Shown: positions 16,937 to 26,738, counted from the stretch's first letter. The stretch: 53,288 nucleotides of DNA from a virus (IMGVR_UViG_3300044499_000082:1-53288); one strand, 5' to 3'. The notes: generated by a model from the letters alone, not told the origin. A program made the numbers and translations.

Positions 16937-17254
16937 TTAACGGACTGAGGCCTTGGCAGCCTCGGCTTCTATAGCTTCCTCCATGGCACCGCCGGTGATC
17001 TCAATCGAATGTACATCGCAACCCGTGAATACCACTTTGGCATTGCGCCCTTTTGGGATCGTCACGGTGGACACGTTCCCGCTCGGCGGCGGCCCTTTGA
17101 CGTTGGCGCAGCGCACGGCATCGTATCCAAGGTCTTTGAACGATTCCAATTGCTCCGGTGTGTAATCCTTGATGTTGGGTAGAAAAAGGCCGCCCGGGCC
17201 GCAGCCGGTTAGAACGAAAACGCTACACAACAAGAGATTGCTGAATCGTTTCAT
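16937..17254 (-). CDS. Lipoprotein downstream of endolysin (possible spanin/lysis accessory)
   Basis: Lipobox LTGC; position. Confidence 0.6.
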   Translation of the reverse strand: MKRFSNLLLCSVFVLTGCGPGGLFLPNIKDYTPEQLESFKDLGYDAVRCANVKGPPPSGNVSTVTIPKGRNAKVVFTGCDVHSIEITGGAMEEAIEAEAAKASVR

Positions 17255-17795
17255 GGTAGTCCTCCACTCCTTGAGCAATGGTTTCGGCCATAGCCGTCTG
17301 CACGATCGGATCGGCCATGCGGCGCGAGGTCTCGCTGTGATCGATAAAGCCCATCTCGATCAGGACGGCCGGCATAGACGTCATCACAAGCACGCCGAAC
17401 TCTTCCTCTTTGACGCCGCGCCAAGGTTCGTCGGGAAACTTCTCGACGATCCGCGCGCCGATCGCTTGCGCCAACGTCCCGCCGAGCCGGCTCTTCGGAT
17501 AAATCCAAATCTCGTCGCCGCGCGCCTCCCTCATTCCGGGAAGATCCTCGTCCGGATCCGCGTTCATGTGGAGGCAGATAAAGAGATCGGCCTTCATGAG
17601 ATTGGCGAAGCGCGCCCGAGCCCCGATCGAGACATAGACGTCCTCCTCGCGCGTGAGCCGGATTTCGTGTCCTCTGGCGACCAGGCGATCGCGCAGGCGC
17701 AGGGATACTTCTAAGGCGATAGTTTTTTCCAGGACGCCGTGAAACGTGGCGCCCGGGTCATGGCCACCATGGCCGGGGTCGATACAGATGATCAT
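17223..17795 (-). CDS. Endolysin, N-acetylmuramoyl-L-alanine amidase (Amidase_3)
   Basis: IDPGHGGHDPGA, EK, LTRE.D, AN...ADLFICLH.NA, MPAVLIEMGFI. Confidence 0.93.
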   Translation of the reverse strand: MIICIDPGHGGHDPGATFHGVLEKTIALEVSLRLRDRLVARGHEIRLTREEDVYVSIGARARFANLMKADLFICLHMNADPDEDLPGMREARGDEIWIYPKSRLGGTLAQAIGARIVEKFPDEPWRGVKEEEFGVLVMTSMPAVLIEMGFIDHSETSRRMADPIVQTAMAETIAQGVEDYHETIQQSLVV

Positions 17796-17809
17796 AACGT
17801 TCCTCCTTC

Positions 17810-18079
17810 CTACTGCGTTGGGTCTTTCCACGGCTCGCAGTCGACGCGCTCCTGGGCTCCCTGCGACAATCGATAACAGATAGCTCGTAGAATCCGGCTT
17901 TGCTGCCAGCCCTGATATTCCATCCGCCCCATGGCCTGCATCATCGGACTGGGTATCCATCCAAGCAGGGCACCGAGCAGCATGATGGCCACGGCGGTCG
18001 GAAAGCCGACGTGGAGAAACAGCCGCGCCCATTGGGGCAACGGCAGTTTGATCTCTTCCAGTTTTGATTCGTCAGACAT
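17810..18079 (-). CDS. Putative holin
   Basis: 89 aa with TM segment (VGFPTAVAIMLLGALLGW), directly upstream of endolysin. Confidence 0.55.
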   Translation of the reverse strand: MSDESKLEEIKLPLPQWARLFLHVGFPTAVAIMLLGALLGWIPSPMMQAMGRMEYQGWQQSRILRAICYRLSQGAQERVDCEPWKDPTQ

Positions 18080-18129
18080 GATGCCTCCTTATCCCTGTCC
18101 CGGTCCGACCACACGGTTCTTTACCGTCT

Positions 18130-19323
18130 CTACACGGTCGCCGAACTCGCAAAGCCGCGCCCGATCATCGCGCTCATCTGGTAGATCACAATGTTCACCG
18201 ATGCGGGCGGCGAGCCAAAATCCACCGATTGCTGCGCGGCCGTGTACACTACGGATGGGCTCGCGGACGTCAGAGTCCGGAGAACCGCGGTTTTGGCCGA
18301 GTTCAAAATATCGATCTCATAGGATTGGGTTGCCTCGCCGATCGGGACATCCACATAATCGGCCCAGTGGCCGCCGATCCGCGTCCGGCGAATCCAGGTG
18401 ATGGTGAGATTGTTCGATCCGTCCCGCGTCCCCTTGATGTGAACGGCGGTGTAGGGCCGCAGCGTGTTCCCCGTATGTGTGAAACGCTTGACCACGGCGA
18501 GCTCGAACGGCGTGTTGATCGAAACGGCGCGGTAGAGCCGCTCGAGATTAACCTCGCTCGCCGATGCTTCGGCGAAGACCGAAGCGGTGGGCGTTACCCA
18601 GGCGCAGATTTCATTGTTCACGTGGGTTCCGACAGCATACTCGGTGCCGCGCCGGCCGCGCAGCAAGGTCGACAGCCGCCAGGTCGAGTTGCCGAGGTCC
18701 GTGGCGTTTAAGTACTGGATGATTTCCCGTCCCACGACGACGGCGTTAGCGCCGTTCAGCACGTTAATTTCGCTATCGCTCAGCGGCACGCCGGCGCCGA
18801 AGATCTGCACGTCCAGAGTATTGACGCGGTCCCAGGTTTCCGGCCTCGATGTCGTGGCGAGTTTCACCGGCGCCGTGCCGCGGATCGCGCTCACCGTGAG
18901 CGTGAGAATCGGATCGTAGGTGGCGCCGCCGTCCCCGGACCGGAACAGCACCGCGCCGCGCCATTTTGAGCCGATCCCGGTCATCGCCACGTAGTAGCCC
19001 GGGGCATCGTCCTGGTCCCGGAGCATGGGGATATCCATGAGCGAGAGCTGCGTCGAACCGATCACTCCGATCTGGCTCGTCTCCCCGGCGGCCGGCACTC
19101 CGGCGATGGCGTCCGAGACGTAGATCTGCGGGTCGTCGTCGAGCAGCGTCAGGGCGATCAAGCCGGGCGGACCGTAATGCGCCTCGACGACCCGCAATAA
19201 AAGATTTCTGAGCGCGGCTGGCGGCGGCGCCGGCAGCGTCGAGAAGCTCTGGATCGGCGTTACAGCGGTGAAGTACGAGCGCCCGCTGATCTGCCGAGAC
19301 TGAAAATCTTGGTCGAGAATCAT
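18130..19323 (-). CDS. C-terminal half of GTA g15-like tail-tip protein
   Basis: MDIPMLRD, W.GAVLFRS.DGG, LNGAN....G.EIIQY, LS.LLRGRRGTE, ITWIRRTR, VPIGEA...YEIDI, YTAAQQ..DFG, YQMS...GRG. Confidence 0.85.
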   Translation of the reverse strand: MILDQDFQSRQISGRSYFTAVTPIQSFSTLPAPPPAALRNLLLRVVEAHYGPPGLIALTLLDDDPQIYVSDAIAGVPAAGETSQIGVIGSTQLSLMDIPMLRDQDDAPGYYVAMTGIGSKWRGAVLFRSGDGGATYDPILTLTVSAIRGTAPVKLATTSRPETWDRVNTLDVQIFGAGVPLSDSEINVLNGANAVVVGREIIQYLNATDLGNSTWRLSTLLRGRRGTEYAVGTHVNNEICAWVTPTASVFAEASASEVNLERLYRAVSINTPFELAVVKRFTHTGNTLRPYTAVHIKGTRDGSNNLTITWIRRTRIGGHWADYVDVPIGEATQSYEIDILNSAKTAVLRTLTSASPSVVYTAAQQSVDFGSPPASVNIVIYQMSAMIGRGFASSATV

Positions 19324-20180
19324 GGTTCCGTGATGATGCCGATGTTCCTCTGGTCCGCGCCCGTGGCCGTGAATTTGAGCGCGATGAAGTCCCCGTTCAG
19401 GTCGGTCGCCGCGAGATTGACTTTGTACCAGCCATTGCCGATCTCGGTGACGCCGTTGGCGAGATTCGCAAACAGGCCGCCATCGATGGACCGCTGCCCG
19501 GAGACGCTGAGCCCGGTGGCCGGCGTGCGCCCGTCCGTCGCGCTCACCATCAAAAAAGCGAAATTATTGAACGGCGCGTTCTTCTGAATTCCCGGCGCGC
19601 TCAGCAGCGAGTACCCGGTCTTGTCGGCGACCACCTGCGCGTTGGCGTCGACGCGGCCGCCGATGAGATCCGCGGGCACGATATTTTTCCAACGCACCGC
19701 GTTGGCGTCCACCACGCCGGCGATGCTGAAACTCAAACTGTCGGTTTTGGTTTTGACCGCTTGCAACTGGCCGCTGACAGCCGCGGTTTTGGTCCCGTTT
19801 ATTCCCAGCGCGTCGCGGATCTGTTCGACTTCCGCAGCGCTGAAAGCAAACTTTAATTTGTCGATGGTGAAATGGGCGACCACGTAACCGACGATGCTCA
19901 CGCCGTTGACGGTGCCCGATGTAATGACGACTCCGTAATCGCTCCCGGCCGCGTAGAATATAGCATCGGCGCTGAGATTGATGGCGACGTGGTGGAGTCC
20001 GGTGCGAGCATCGAAATTGTTGTCGATGGTGATGCCCGCCGTCGACTCCACTGTCCCCCCGTCCTTATAGACGCTGATCGCCGGGGTGCCGGCCCAGGCA
20101 AAGGGCGTCCCGGCGGCCTCCACGGTCGTAAAGTGCAGATGGATCGTGCTGCCGGCGGCGCGGTCTCCGAGGTTGATCAT
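19320..20180 (-). CDS. Virion structural protein (Ig-like beta domains)
   Basis: Beta-rich; EIGNGWYKVNL...DLN motif; start 20180 by ATGA coupling. Confidence 0.6.
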   Translation of the reverse strand: MINLGDRAAGSTIHLHFTTVEAAGTPFAWAGTPAISVYKDGGTVESTAGITIDNNFDARTGLHHVAINLSADAIFYAAGSDYGVVITSGTVNGVSIVGYVVAHFTIDKLKFAFSAAEVEQIRDALGINGTKTAAVSGQLQAVKTKTDSLSFSIAGVVDANAVRWKNIVPADLIGGRVDANAQVVADKTGYSLLSAPGIQKNAPFNNFAFLMVSATDGRTPATGLSVSGQRSIDGGLFANLANGVTEIGNGWYKVNLAATDLNGDFIALKFTATGADQRNIGIITEP

Positions 20181-20965
20181 ATATAAACCCTTTGATTCCT
20201 TTCGTCGCTCAGCATACGCCCCCATCCGGTGTTGGGCACGGCTTGGGCGGTATAGAGCAAATCGAAAAACGGCGCGCGGAAAAACGCCCAGGGATGAGTC
20301 GAGAGATATTTGATGTCGGCCCGCTCGAGCTGGCGCCGCCACAAATGAAAGCCGCCGAACTGCGCCAGGTCGGAGGCCTGGCCCCCGTGGGTCCCTAGCT
20401 GATAGGCGTTAGCGCTCGAGATGCGTGTGGGATTGTTGGAATTCGCAGCGGCTAAAATACCATTCTGCCAGATCTCCATCCCCCGGGCTCCGGTCGTGAA
20501 AAACCATACGTCGTTTCCGAACGTGAGCCCGCTAACCGAGAGCCGCTGCGCTGCCGCAGTGCCACCGAAATCCCAATAGACGATGCCATCCGAGAACGGC
20601 AGACTCACGCCGCAGCGATTGCTCGACACACCACCGGCGACGCCGAAGGCCCCGGAGCCTCGAAGCGTTGCATCCGTTTTTCGATACAGGAGCATCGCCG
20701 TCAAAACTTGGGTCGGAAGCACGAAACTCTCCACGCTGGCCAACGTCGATCTGTCCGCCGTCGAGGTATGCGCGAGCGCCAGGCCGAAGGGACTGTCGAC
20801 GAACTTTCCGCCGCGCAGATCGGTGATCTCGAACTTCCGCCCAAAATCCCTGACCACGCCGGTCTCGGTGAGCGGCCAGGATTCATCGGGCACCAGGGGA
20901 TGCTGAACATTCAACAGCGTGCCGGCGGGGGGTTTTCGAAACCCGACTCTTCCGCGAAAGGGCAT
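20177..20965 (-). CDS. LamG/ConA-like beta-sandwich protein (possible receptor binding)
   Basis: WPLTE, EIWQNG, LG, LWRRQL...DIK.L...PW pattern. Confidence 0.6.
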   Translation of the reverse strand: MPFRGRVGFRKPPAGTLLNVQHPLVPDESWPLTETGVVRDFGRKFEITDLRGGKFVDSPFGLALAHTSTADRSTLASVESFVLPTQVLTAMLLYRKTDATLRGSGAFGVAGGVSSNRCGVSLPFSDGIVYWDFGGTAAAQRLSVSGLTFGNDVWFFTTGARGMEIWQNGILAAANSNNPTRISSANAYQLGTHGGQASDLAQFGGFHLWRRQLERADIKYLSTHPWAFFRAPFFDLLYTAQAVPNTGWGRMLSDERNQRVYI

Positions 20966-20974
20966 GGTTGTTTC

Positions 20975-21586
20975 CTACGTCGTCGTCAGTACATCCAGGG
21001 TCGTCATGCGCGCGTAACCCACCACGCTCCGCCCGGTCTGCGAGCAGTCGTACACCACGCGGATGCGCGACATCGAAGCGAGGTCGAGTTGCGCGTTGAA
21101 AAATTCCGCCTGGTTGTAGATCGTCGAGCCGGTCTGCGCGTTCTTGATCGCATCCATCACCGTGATCGAGACATTCGCCACCAGGGCGATGATGCGCGCG
21201 AACTCCGAGTTTGCGAGCGTGGTGTTTTTAAACAAAATTTCTTGCCCGGCGGCCAGGTTGGTTGTCGACGCAACGCCGATAACGGTTTCGCCCGCGGCCT
21301 CCGTTCCAGAAACGGCTTCGGCTTCCGGCAGGGTGACGCCGCTCGCAAACGTCGCCAGGTCCTGCCACGTGTCATCGCCGGACGATTCCGGCGAGCCCTG
21401 GATCAGGATCAGGGCCGCAGCGGCGAGCACTCCGCCGACGTCGTCGCGGCCGAGCCAGCAAAAAATGCTCGCGGCGAATTTTCCGGAGACATCGATGGCG
21501 CTCGACTTGACGACCGTGTTCGAGGCGATCGCGGTCATCGCGAGAATTGAAACGTTGCTGGTTTTACTCGGAGCAATGGTTCCCAT
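20975..21586 (-). CDS. Virion structural protein
   Basis: Small-residue beta-rich; IQGSP...D.W motif; tail region. Confidence 0.55.
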   Translation of the reverse strand: MGTIAPSKTSNVSILAMTAIASNTVVKSSAIDVSGKFAASIFCWLGRDDVGGVLAAAALILIQGSPESSGDDTWQDLATFASGVTLPEAEAVSGTEAAGETVIGVASTTNLAAGQEILFKNTTLANSEFARIIALVANVSITVMDAIKNAQTGSTIYNQAEFFNAQLDLASMSRIRVVYDCSQTGRSVVGYARMTTLDVLTTT

Positions 21587-21594
21587 GGTTCTCC

Positions 21595-22356
21595 TTAAGC
21601 CGCCGTCGGCTCGTATTCGACGAGCAGCATGAACGGCGGCGGGTTGGCGGTGACTCCGTTGACCACGTCGATGCGCAGATCCTCGCCGGCCGCGAACACA
21701 TTGGCGCTAAGCGCCCCGAGGTCGGATTCCGCGTGATTGGCGGGGAACGGCGTTGCCGTGTTGTACGTTTTCGTGACGATCGTGGTGGTTCCCCGGTAGC
21801 ATTTAACGGCGCAGGTGTTGGTATCGTCGATCCCGGCCGGCGTCCCCTGAGATAAAATCGAAATTTTATGAATCGTCAGCGCGTGCTGCGCCATGAAAAT
21901 CGAGCGCGCGTTGGCCGCGGTACCGTCGCCAATATCGGCGCCCGCCGCCAGATCCTCGACCTGGTATCCGAAGCTTTTCCGGTTGGCGATCGCCAGGATG
22001 ACATTGGTCCCATCGCAATAGAGGAGCGCCTTCTGCGGAAACAGGAGCGGGATGCCGCCGCCGGCGGGCGTCTTCACTGTGATCTGGAATCCCCCCGACG
22101 AGCCGTGCTCGAACATGAATAATTTCTTCCGGGCGGGAACGATCAGGTTGCGGGCGGCGCTCAATGTCCCGGACGATTGAAAATGAATATTCTGGTTATA
22201 CTGGTCATCCGTCAGCGTCACATCGGCGCCGGAAATCGATGTCACCAGGCGCGCTGTCAAGGCCGCGTCGAAGCGATCGAACGCATCGTTCGCCGTTACT
22301 TCTTTTTGCGCCTGGCTCGCGGAGATATACGGGACTTGAAGATTGGTTGTCGGCAT
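21595..22356 (-). CDS. Tail fibre/adaptor with DUF2793-like N-terminus
   Basis: TTNLQVPYISASQAQKEVTANDAF..FDAA; LYCDGTNV. Confidence 0.75.
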   Translation of the reverse strand: MPTTNLQVPYISASQAQKEVTANDAFDRFDAALTARLVTSISGADVTLTDDQYNQNIHFQSSGTLSAARNLIVPARKKLFMFEHGSSGGFQITVKTPAGGGIPLLFPQKALLYCDGTNVILAIANRKSFGYQVEDLAAGADIGDGTAANARSIFMAQHALTIHKISILSQGTPAGIDDTNTCAVKCYRGTTTIVTKTYNTATPFPANHAESDLGALSANVFAAGEDLRIDVVNGVTANPPPFMLLVEYEPTAA

Positions 22357-22359
22357 AGA

Positions 22360-24489
22360 TCAATCCACCTGTAAGGTGACCACGTCGGTGGGCTCCAGCT
22401 CGATATACTTTCGCGTGAGCGAGATCTCGCGCTGGTTGCGCGTGAGCCATGACTCGGTCAAGAGGACCACCGCTGTTTGCTTGGCCGCGTTGTCGGACAT
22501 CGAGATGGCCAGCGGCACTGTGAGGATGTTGCGCGACTGGGTAATCAGCCGCTCGTCGTATTGGTTCCCCTGCTCGTAGCTCTTGTCTCTTTGCAAGTAA
22601 TTGACTTCGAGCCGCGCCGGCAGCTCCCGCTCCTGCACCTGCGTCGTCGTGACGAATTGCGGGACATCGGACCCCACCTCGTGCGCTCCGAGCTCGCTTT
22701 TCGGAATCGTGAGAGCAGGGCTCCTGCCGCGCTTGCGAAATTTCAATTTGCCGTCCGACTCCACCGTGTCGAAAAAGAAGCGCATCTGGAGCTGCGCGAT
22801 CAAATCGCGCGGTGTCATGGGCCGCCCCCGGGCATAGCCGTCGACGATATCGAGCAGCTCCGCAACGTCGATCTGGCTGGTTTTGAGACCGACCATCTGG
22901 CAAATTTCGGAGACCACGATGGAGAGCGGGATCCCCGCCACCGCCAGGCCGCCGCCGTAGACATAGATGTCGATCTCGCCGCCGCCGATATTCCCGGTGA
23001 CTCCCCAGAAAAAGAGGCCGTTCTTATAAATCAACGTGTGATCGTTTGACAAAAACATCGGGGTCGCAGGCGCTTCGCCGATCTGCGTGATCGTGGAGAA
23101 ATTGTCCACCCGCCAGAATTTTGAGTTCTGCCCTGCGCCGGCCTGGGAGACAAAATATATTTCGTCGTCGGATACTACCGAGATGTTCATCACCGAATTG
23201 AGCCCGGTGTCCAGGCTGCCCACCAGGGCAAACGAAGCCTTGTCGAATTTTTTAATGAAATGGTTGCCGCCGGTAATGCTCAGCGCATAGAGGTATTGCG
23301 TGCCGATGCCGTCGAGATCGTCCGTCAACCAGGTCGTGAGCGCGCTGGTGGATTTGACGAACGTATTGGGGAACTGGAAATGCACCAGTTCGCCGAAGGG
23401 TGGCGCAAGCTCAAAGGGGTAATTGTTGATGATCATATAGACATCGTCATCCTCGACCACGATCCGGTCGGCGATCATGGACGCGAACGCCGGCGGGCGA
23501 GCGAGATGGTAGACGAGGCCGTTCAGGTAATCGAATAGGGTCACGCTCGGATTATCCGCCCGCGTGGTGAAATACATCGGACGGTCCGCATGACCGCCGA
23601 CGGGAGCGAAACCAGTCTGTGTCGGGTCTGGATCTAAGAGTTTTTCCTCGCGTATGATGCCGGCGAAAGTAAAACGCGCCGCCCAGAAGGCGTCGTCCTC
23701 ATAGGCGTCGAACGGCTGGCCGGCGTCACGGTTAAGACACACAATCTCGCCGTTATCGTCGACGTGGCTCCATGATGCTCTGAGATTTCCCGCAAGAATG
23801 GGTGGAAACGTCCCCAACAGCGCGAATTGGCTTTGGCCGTTGCGGAATACTTCGAATTGAAAATTGGGAATGCGATTGCCGAAGTCGGTCAACTTAAAAT
23901 TATCGGTGACCGCGGTCACGACGCCACGGTAGGCGGGAACTTCGCCAACGCCGTGCAGCGCCTCCATCACCGGGTTGGGGAGTTGGTTCTCGGCGCCCAA
24001 GTAAAAAACAAATCTCCCCCCTTTTACTTTGGACTCGCTTGCGAAAAGTTCCTCGAGGGTGGCATCCGCCGAAACGTCGCGGATCAATTTCGTGTCGGCC
24101 CAGATCCGCCGGATGCCATCGGCGGGCGCGCGGCAGATTAGAAACTGCGCGTCCACCGTGTAAAAATAAGTCACCTGCGTCCCCGACGATCCGCCCATGC
24201 CTTTGCCCCCCTCCACCTCCTGTTCGACGCGGTGCTCTTTTATATCCTGGGAATCCACCAGATGGCCGGCGATTCGCATCGTGCCCCAATTATCCGCGAT
24301 CGGTTCCCCGAAAGCCGAGGTCACCACTTTAAGATCGTTCAACCGCGGGCCTTCGATAACGGGTCCCGGCGTCGGAAAGAGCATCCCGCCGATGAACGAG
24401 CCGATGGTCCAGCCGATCGACGCCCCGACGGGTCCCCCGAACCACCCGCCGATCGCGGCGCCGACGATCCCTATCGCCAACCGCGCCAT
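22360..24489 (-). CDS. N-terminal part of GTA g15-like tail-tip/host-specificity protein (Phage-tail_3)
   Basis: Gly-rich hydrophobic N-terminus, EGPRLNDLKV.TS.FG.PI, PAYRG, FGNRIPNFQFEV, ESDGKLKF..RG, ELP....V.Y, ends LEPTDVVTLQVD. Confidence 0.88.
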   Translation of the reverse strand: MARLAIGIVGAAIGGWFGGPVGASIGWTIGSFIGGMLFPTPGPVIEGPRLNDLKVVTSAFGEPIADNWGTMRIAGHLVDSQDIKEHRVEQEVEGGKGMGGSSGTQVTYFYTVDAQFLICRAPADGIRRIWADTKLIRDVSADATLEELFASESKVKGGRFVFYLGAENQLPNPVMEALHGVGEVPAYRGVVTAVTDNFKLTDFGNRIPNFQFEVFRNGQSQFALLGTFPPILAGNLRASWSHVDDNGEIVCLNRDAGQPFDAYEDDAFWAARFTFAGIIREEKLLDPDPTQTGFAPVGGHADRPMYFTTRADNPSVTLFDYLNGLVYHLARPPAFASMIADRIVVEDDDVYMIINNYPFELAPPFGELVHFQFPNTFVKSTSALTTWLTDDLDGIGTQYLYALSITGGNHFIKKFDKASFALVGSLDTGLNSVMNISVVSDDEIYFVSQAGAGQNSKFWRVDNFSTITQIGEAPATPMFLSNDHTLIYKNGLFFWGVTGNIGGGEIDIYVYGGGLAVAGIPLSIVVSEICQMVGLKTSQIDVAELLDIVDGYARGRPMTPRDLIAQLQMRFFFDTVESDGKLKFRKRGRSPALTIPKSELGAHEVGSDVPQFVTTTQVQERELPARLEVNYLQRDKSYEQGNQYDERLITQSRNILTVPLAISMSDNAAKQTAVVLLTESWLTRNQREISLTRKYIELEPTDVVTLQVD

Positions 24490-24914
24490 CAGTCTACGAG
24501 CCCCCGGAAGCGGTGATAGCTCAGAAAAAAACGGCGCTGTTCGGGCAACAGCGCGTGCTCGACGCATTTTCCCCGGCGCATATCGGCGTGGATGATCGTG
24601 CCGGCGGGAGTAAAAAAACCGAAGTGCCGCGGCGCGCCGCCGATCAGAAAATCCCGGCTGTAAAAAAAATCCCCCGGTTTTACGTCCTCAGCAGCGACTC
24701 GATCGAAATACTCCTCGAGCACCGGCTTGAGCCACTGGGGCATGGGAAAGCGGCCGTAATTCGTTTGCTGCGGCACGTTAAAGCCGAGCGCGCGGCCAAC
24801 CTCCACGATCAGGCCGGCGCAATCCACGCGGAGACCCTTAGCCCGTCCCTGATGGCAAAAGGGTGTGCCCACCCAACTGCGGGCCTCGGCGACTATGTCA
24901 GCGCGCGTTGCCAT
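24489..24914 (-). CDS. NlpC/P60 tail-associated peptidase
   Basis: ARSWVGTPF.HQGR..G..VDCAGL...PGD...HFG...IIHA. Confidence 0.92.
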   Translation of the reverse strand: MATRADIVAEARSWVGTPFCHQGRAKGLRVDCAGLIVEVGRALGFNVPQQTNYGRFPMPQWLKPVLEEYFDRVAAEDVKPGDFFYSRDFLIGGAPRHFGFFTPAGTIIHADMRRGKCVEHALLPEQRRFFLSYHRFRGLVD

Positions 24915-25210
24915 GGAAGATCCTTTTCGCGCATCATAAATTGTGCCACGGTCGTGAATTCTTTTTTCTCTTCGAAGCGATAGCACTCCCGGCCGGCCAG
25001 GTAGTGGCCATTTTGCCAGTGGAGTTCGACCGTCCCCAACAATCCAAACTTTTCTCCGACCAGCGGCCGGTACTCCCAATCCCAGCGCTCTTTATAGTAA
25101 TGCGATCCCATGTGCCCGCGCGGTTTCTGGCAGCGGCACAAACTGGAGAGCGGGAAATCGCGCGCCGCCACTTCCACGAATCGATCGCAACTCTCATCCG
25201 GTGGGGGCAT
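24893..25210 (-). CDS. Hypothetical protein between hub and NlpC genes
   Basis: Fills the gap, overlapping both neighbours; start uncertain. Confidence 0.4.
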   Translation of the reverse strand: MPPPDESCDRFVEVAARDFPLSSLCRCQKPRGHMGSHYYKERWDWEYRPLVGEKFGLLGTVELHWQNGHYLAGRECYRFEEKKEFTTVAQFMMREKDLPWQRALT

Positions 25211-26738
25211 CGGGATATAAAAGCGCCTTGTCGAATCCCGGCAGCCACGGCTCGCCGCGGAAATTATAAATATTTTTGAATTTCTTGCACGTCTCCAATC
25301 GCTTGTCGCAGCCGGCCTCGATCTCGTAAGTGTCGCCCGGCTGGATGATCTCCGGCATCTTGTCCCTGAGCTCGAACCGCGCCGGCTTCCAGGAAATCAC
25401 CCCGTTCGCTGCGGCGCTTGGGATCGCCTCGAGCACGACGATTTCCGTGTGGTTGGAGCCGGCGTTGTACACGTCGGTGTTGACGGTATAAAAACCGTCG
25501 TTGCCGGTAGAACCCTTCACTTCGAACACGTCCCCGGGGGAGAAAAACGCCGTGCCGTCGCCGATGAACTCGAAGCGCTTGGCGCCCTGGTTTACCGCCA
25601 CGATCGCGCGATCGGTGAGCGCATATTTTTTCACCTCGGTCTCCACCCCTTTGTTGTCGCCGGTGAGCCAGGTCAAAAGGCCGAAGGTGAATCGGCCAGT
25701 CGATTCCGCGGGCGTATGATCTTCGAAATTGCGGTTGTCGATCGGTAGGGATACGACTCCGGTCTTGGTCGTCGCGTCGACCGTGGTCCACTGCGCGGCG
25801 CCGTCAACGGTCACGGCGCCGATCGCCGTGTTCCAGACCGGCTCGGTCGCGCCCGACGTGCCCGCGACTGTGCATTGAAAATGCCGGCCATTGTAAGTCG
25901 CCGGCTTCACCACGGACCCCAGCGCTGCGTCGTTGGGATCGACGACCGTATACGCCGCCGACGCCTGCCAGAGCGGCGGATTGAGCCTGACCTTGCAGCC
26001 AAAGCGTTCATTGAGGAAATCCGTCACTTTATTGCCGAACTCCGCGCGGCAGGTGACCGAAATCAACGGTCCGAAGGTCACATGCATTTTATTCGCGAGT
26101 CCAAGACCCTCGGCGAAAAAAACCAGGTCCTGGCTGCGGATCTCGCCGATCTCGCCGGTGCGAAGGACGAGCGATCCCATGGCGGGATTGGCGTAATTGA
26201 CCTCGAAGATCTCGTAACTCGCGCCGGAGAAAAGCCCGCGCTCGATGTCGACATGTTTGATGCGATCGCTGTCGATAAACGCCTGCACGTCGATATTGTC
26301 GAGCGACAGGTTGAGCCGGCTGGCCACCGCCGAGCGTTCGAAGCCGGCGGCCGGCTCGTAGGTGATATTCCCGATCACGATCTCGTCTTGATGGTCCGTA
26401 AACGCGAAAACTTCGTGCGCCCGGCCGTACCACGTCCCCGCCAGGAAGGCGGTGAACGCGCTCGTGTCCTGATCGATGGAAAAGGTTGTCGAGGTCAAAA
26501 AAGTCACGGCGTAAAAATTGTCATTGACCTGCGACATGCCCTCGACGCCGGCGAGCTGGACGATGTCGCCCGTCACCAGGCCGTGCTGCCAAAGCGTGGT
26601 GACGACCCCAGGATTGGCTTTCGTGATGTTGGTGATCCGCGGCTGGAAGCGGCGCAGCACCACGCGCACGCAGGTTGCGATCCTCGTGAACGGCCCGGCA
26701 TAATGATCTTTCAGCGCGGTAGGAATAGAACGAGTCAT
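25194..26738 (-). CDS. Baseplate hub DUF2163/BR0599 with inserted domains
   Basis: FTDHQ, CRAEFG...C, GCDKRLETC.KF.N..NFRGEP.LPG; inserts ITKANPGVVT...HGL..GD and WQAS.AY....C..AGTSG.TEP.W. Confidence 0.9.
   Translation of the reverse strand: MTRSIPTALKDHYAGPFTRIATCVRVVLRRFQPRITNITKANPGVVTTLWQHGLVTGDIVQLAGVEGMSQVNDNFYAVTFLTSTTFSIDQDTSAFTAFLAGTWYGRAHEVFAFTDHQDEIVIGNITYEPAAGFERSAVASRLNLSLDNIDVQAFIDSDRIKHVDIERGLFSGASYEIFEVNYANPAMGSLVLRTGEIGEIRSQDLVFFAEGLGLANKMHVTFGPLISVTCRAEFGNKVTDFLNERFGCKVRLNPPLWQASAAYTVVDPNDAALGSVVKPATYNGRHFQCTVAGTSGATEPVWNTAIGAVTVDGAAQWTTVDATTKTGVVSLPIDNRNFEDHTPAESTGRFTFGLLTWLTGDNKGVETEVKKYALTDRAIVAVNQGAKRFEFIGDGTAFFSPGDVFEVKGSTGNDGFYTVNTDVYNAGSNHTEIVVLEAIPSAAANGVISWKPARFELRDKMPEIIQPGDTYEIEAGCDKRLETCKKFKNIYNFRGEPWLPGFDKALLYPDAPTG

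Noticed and set aside
19323-22360. Self-splicing intron, intein or invertible cassette explaining the split tip gene
   Set aside because: No group I/II or intein motifs, maturase, invertase or flanking repeats recognised; intervening genes are ordinary co-oriented tail genes
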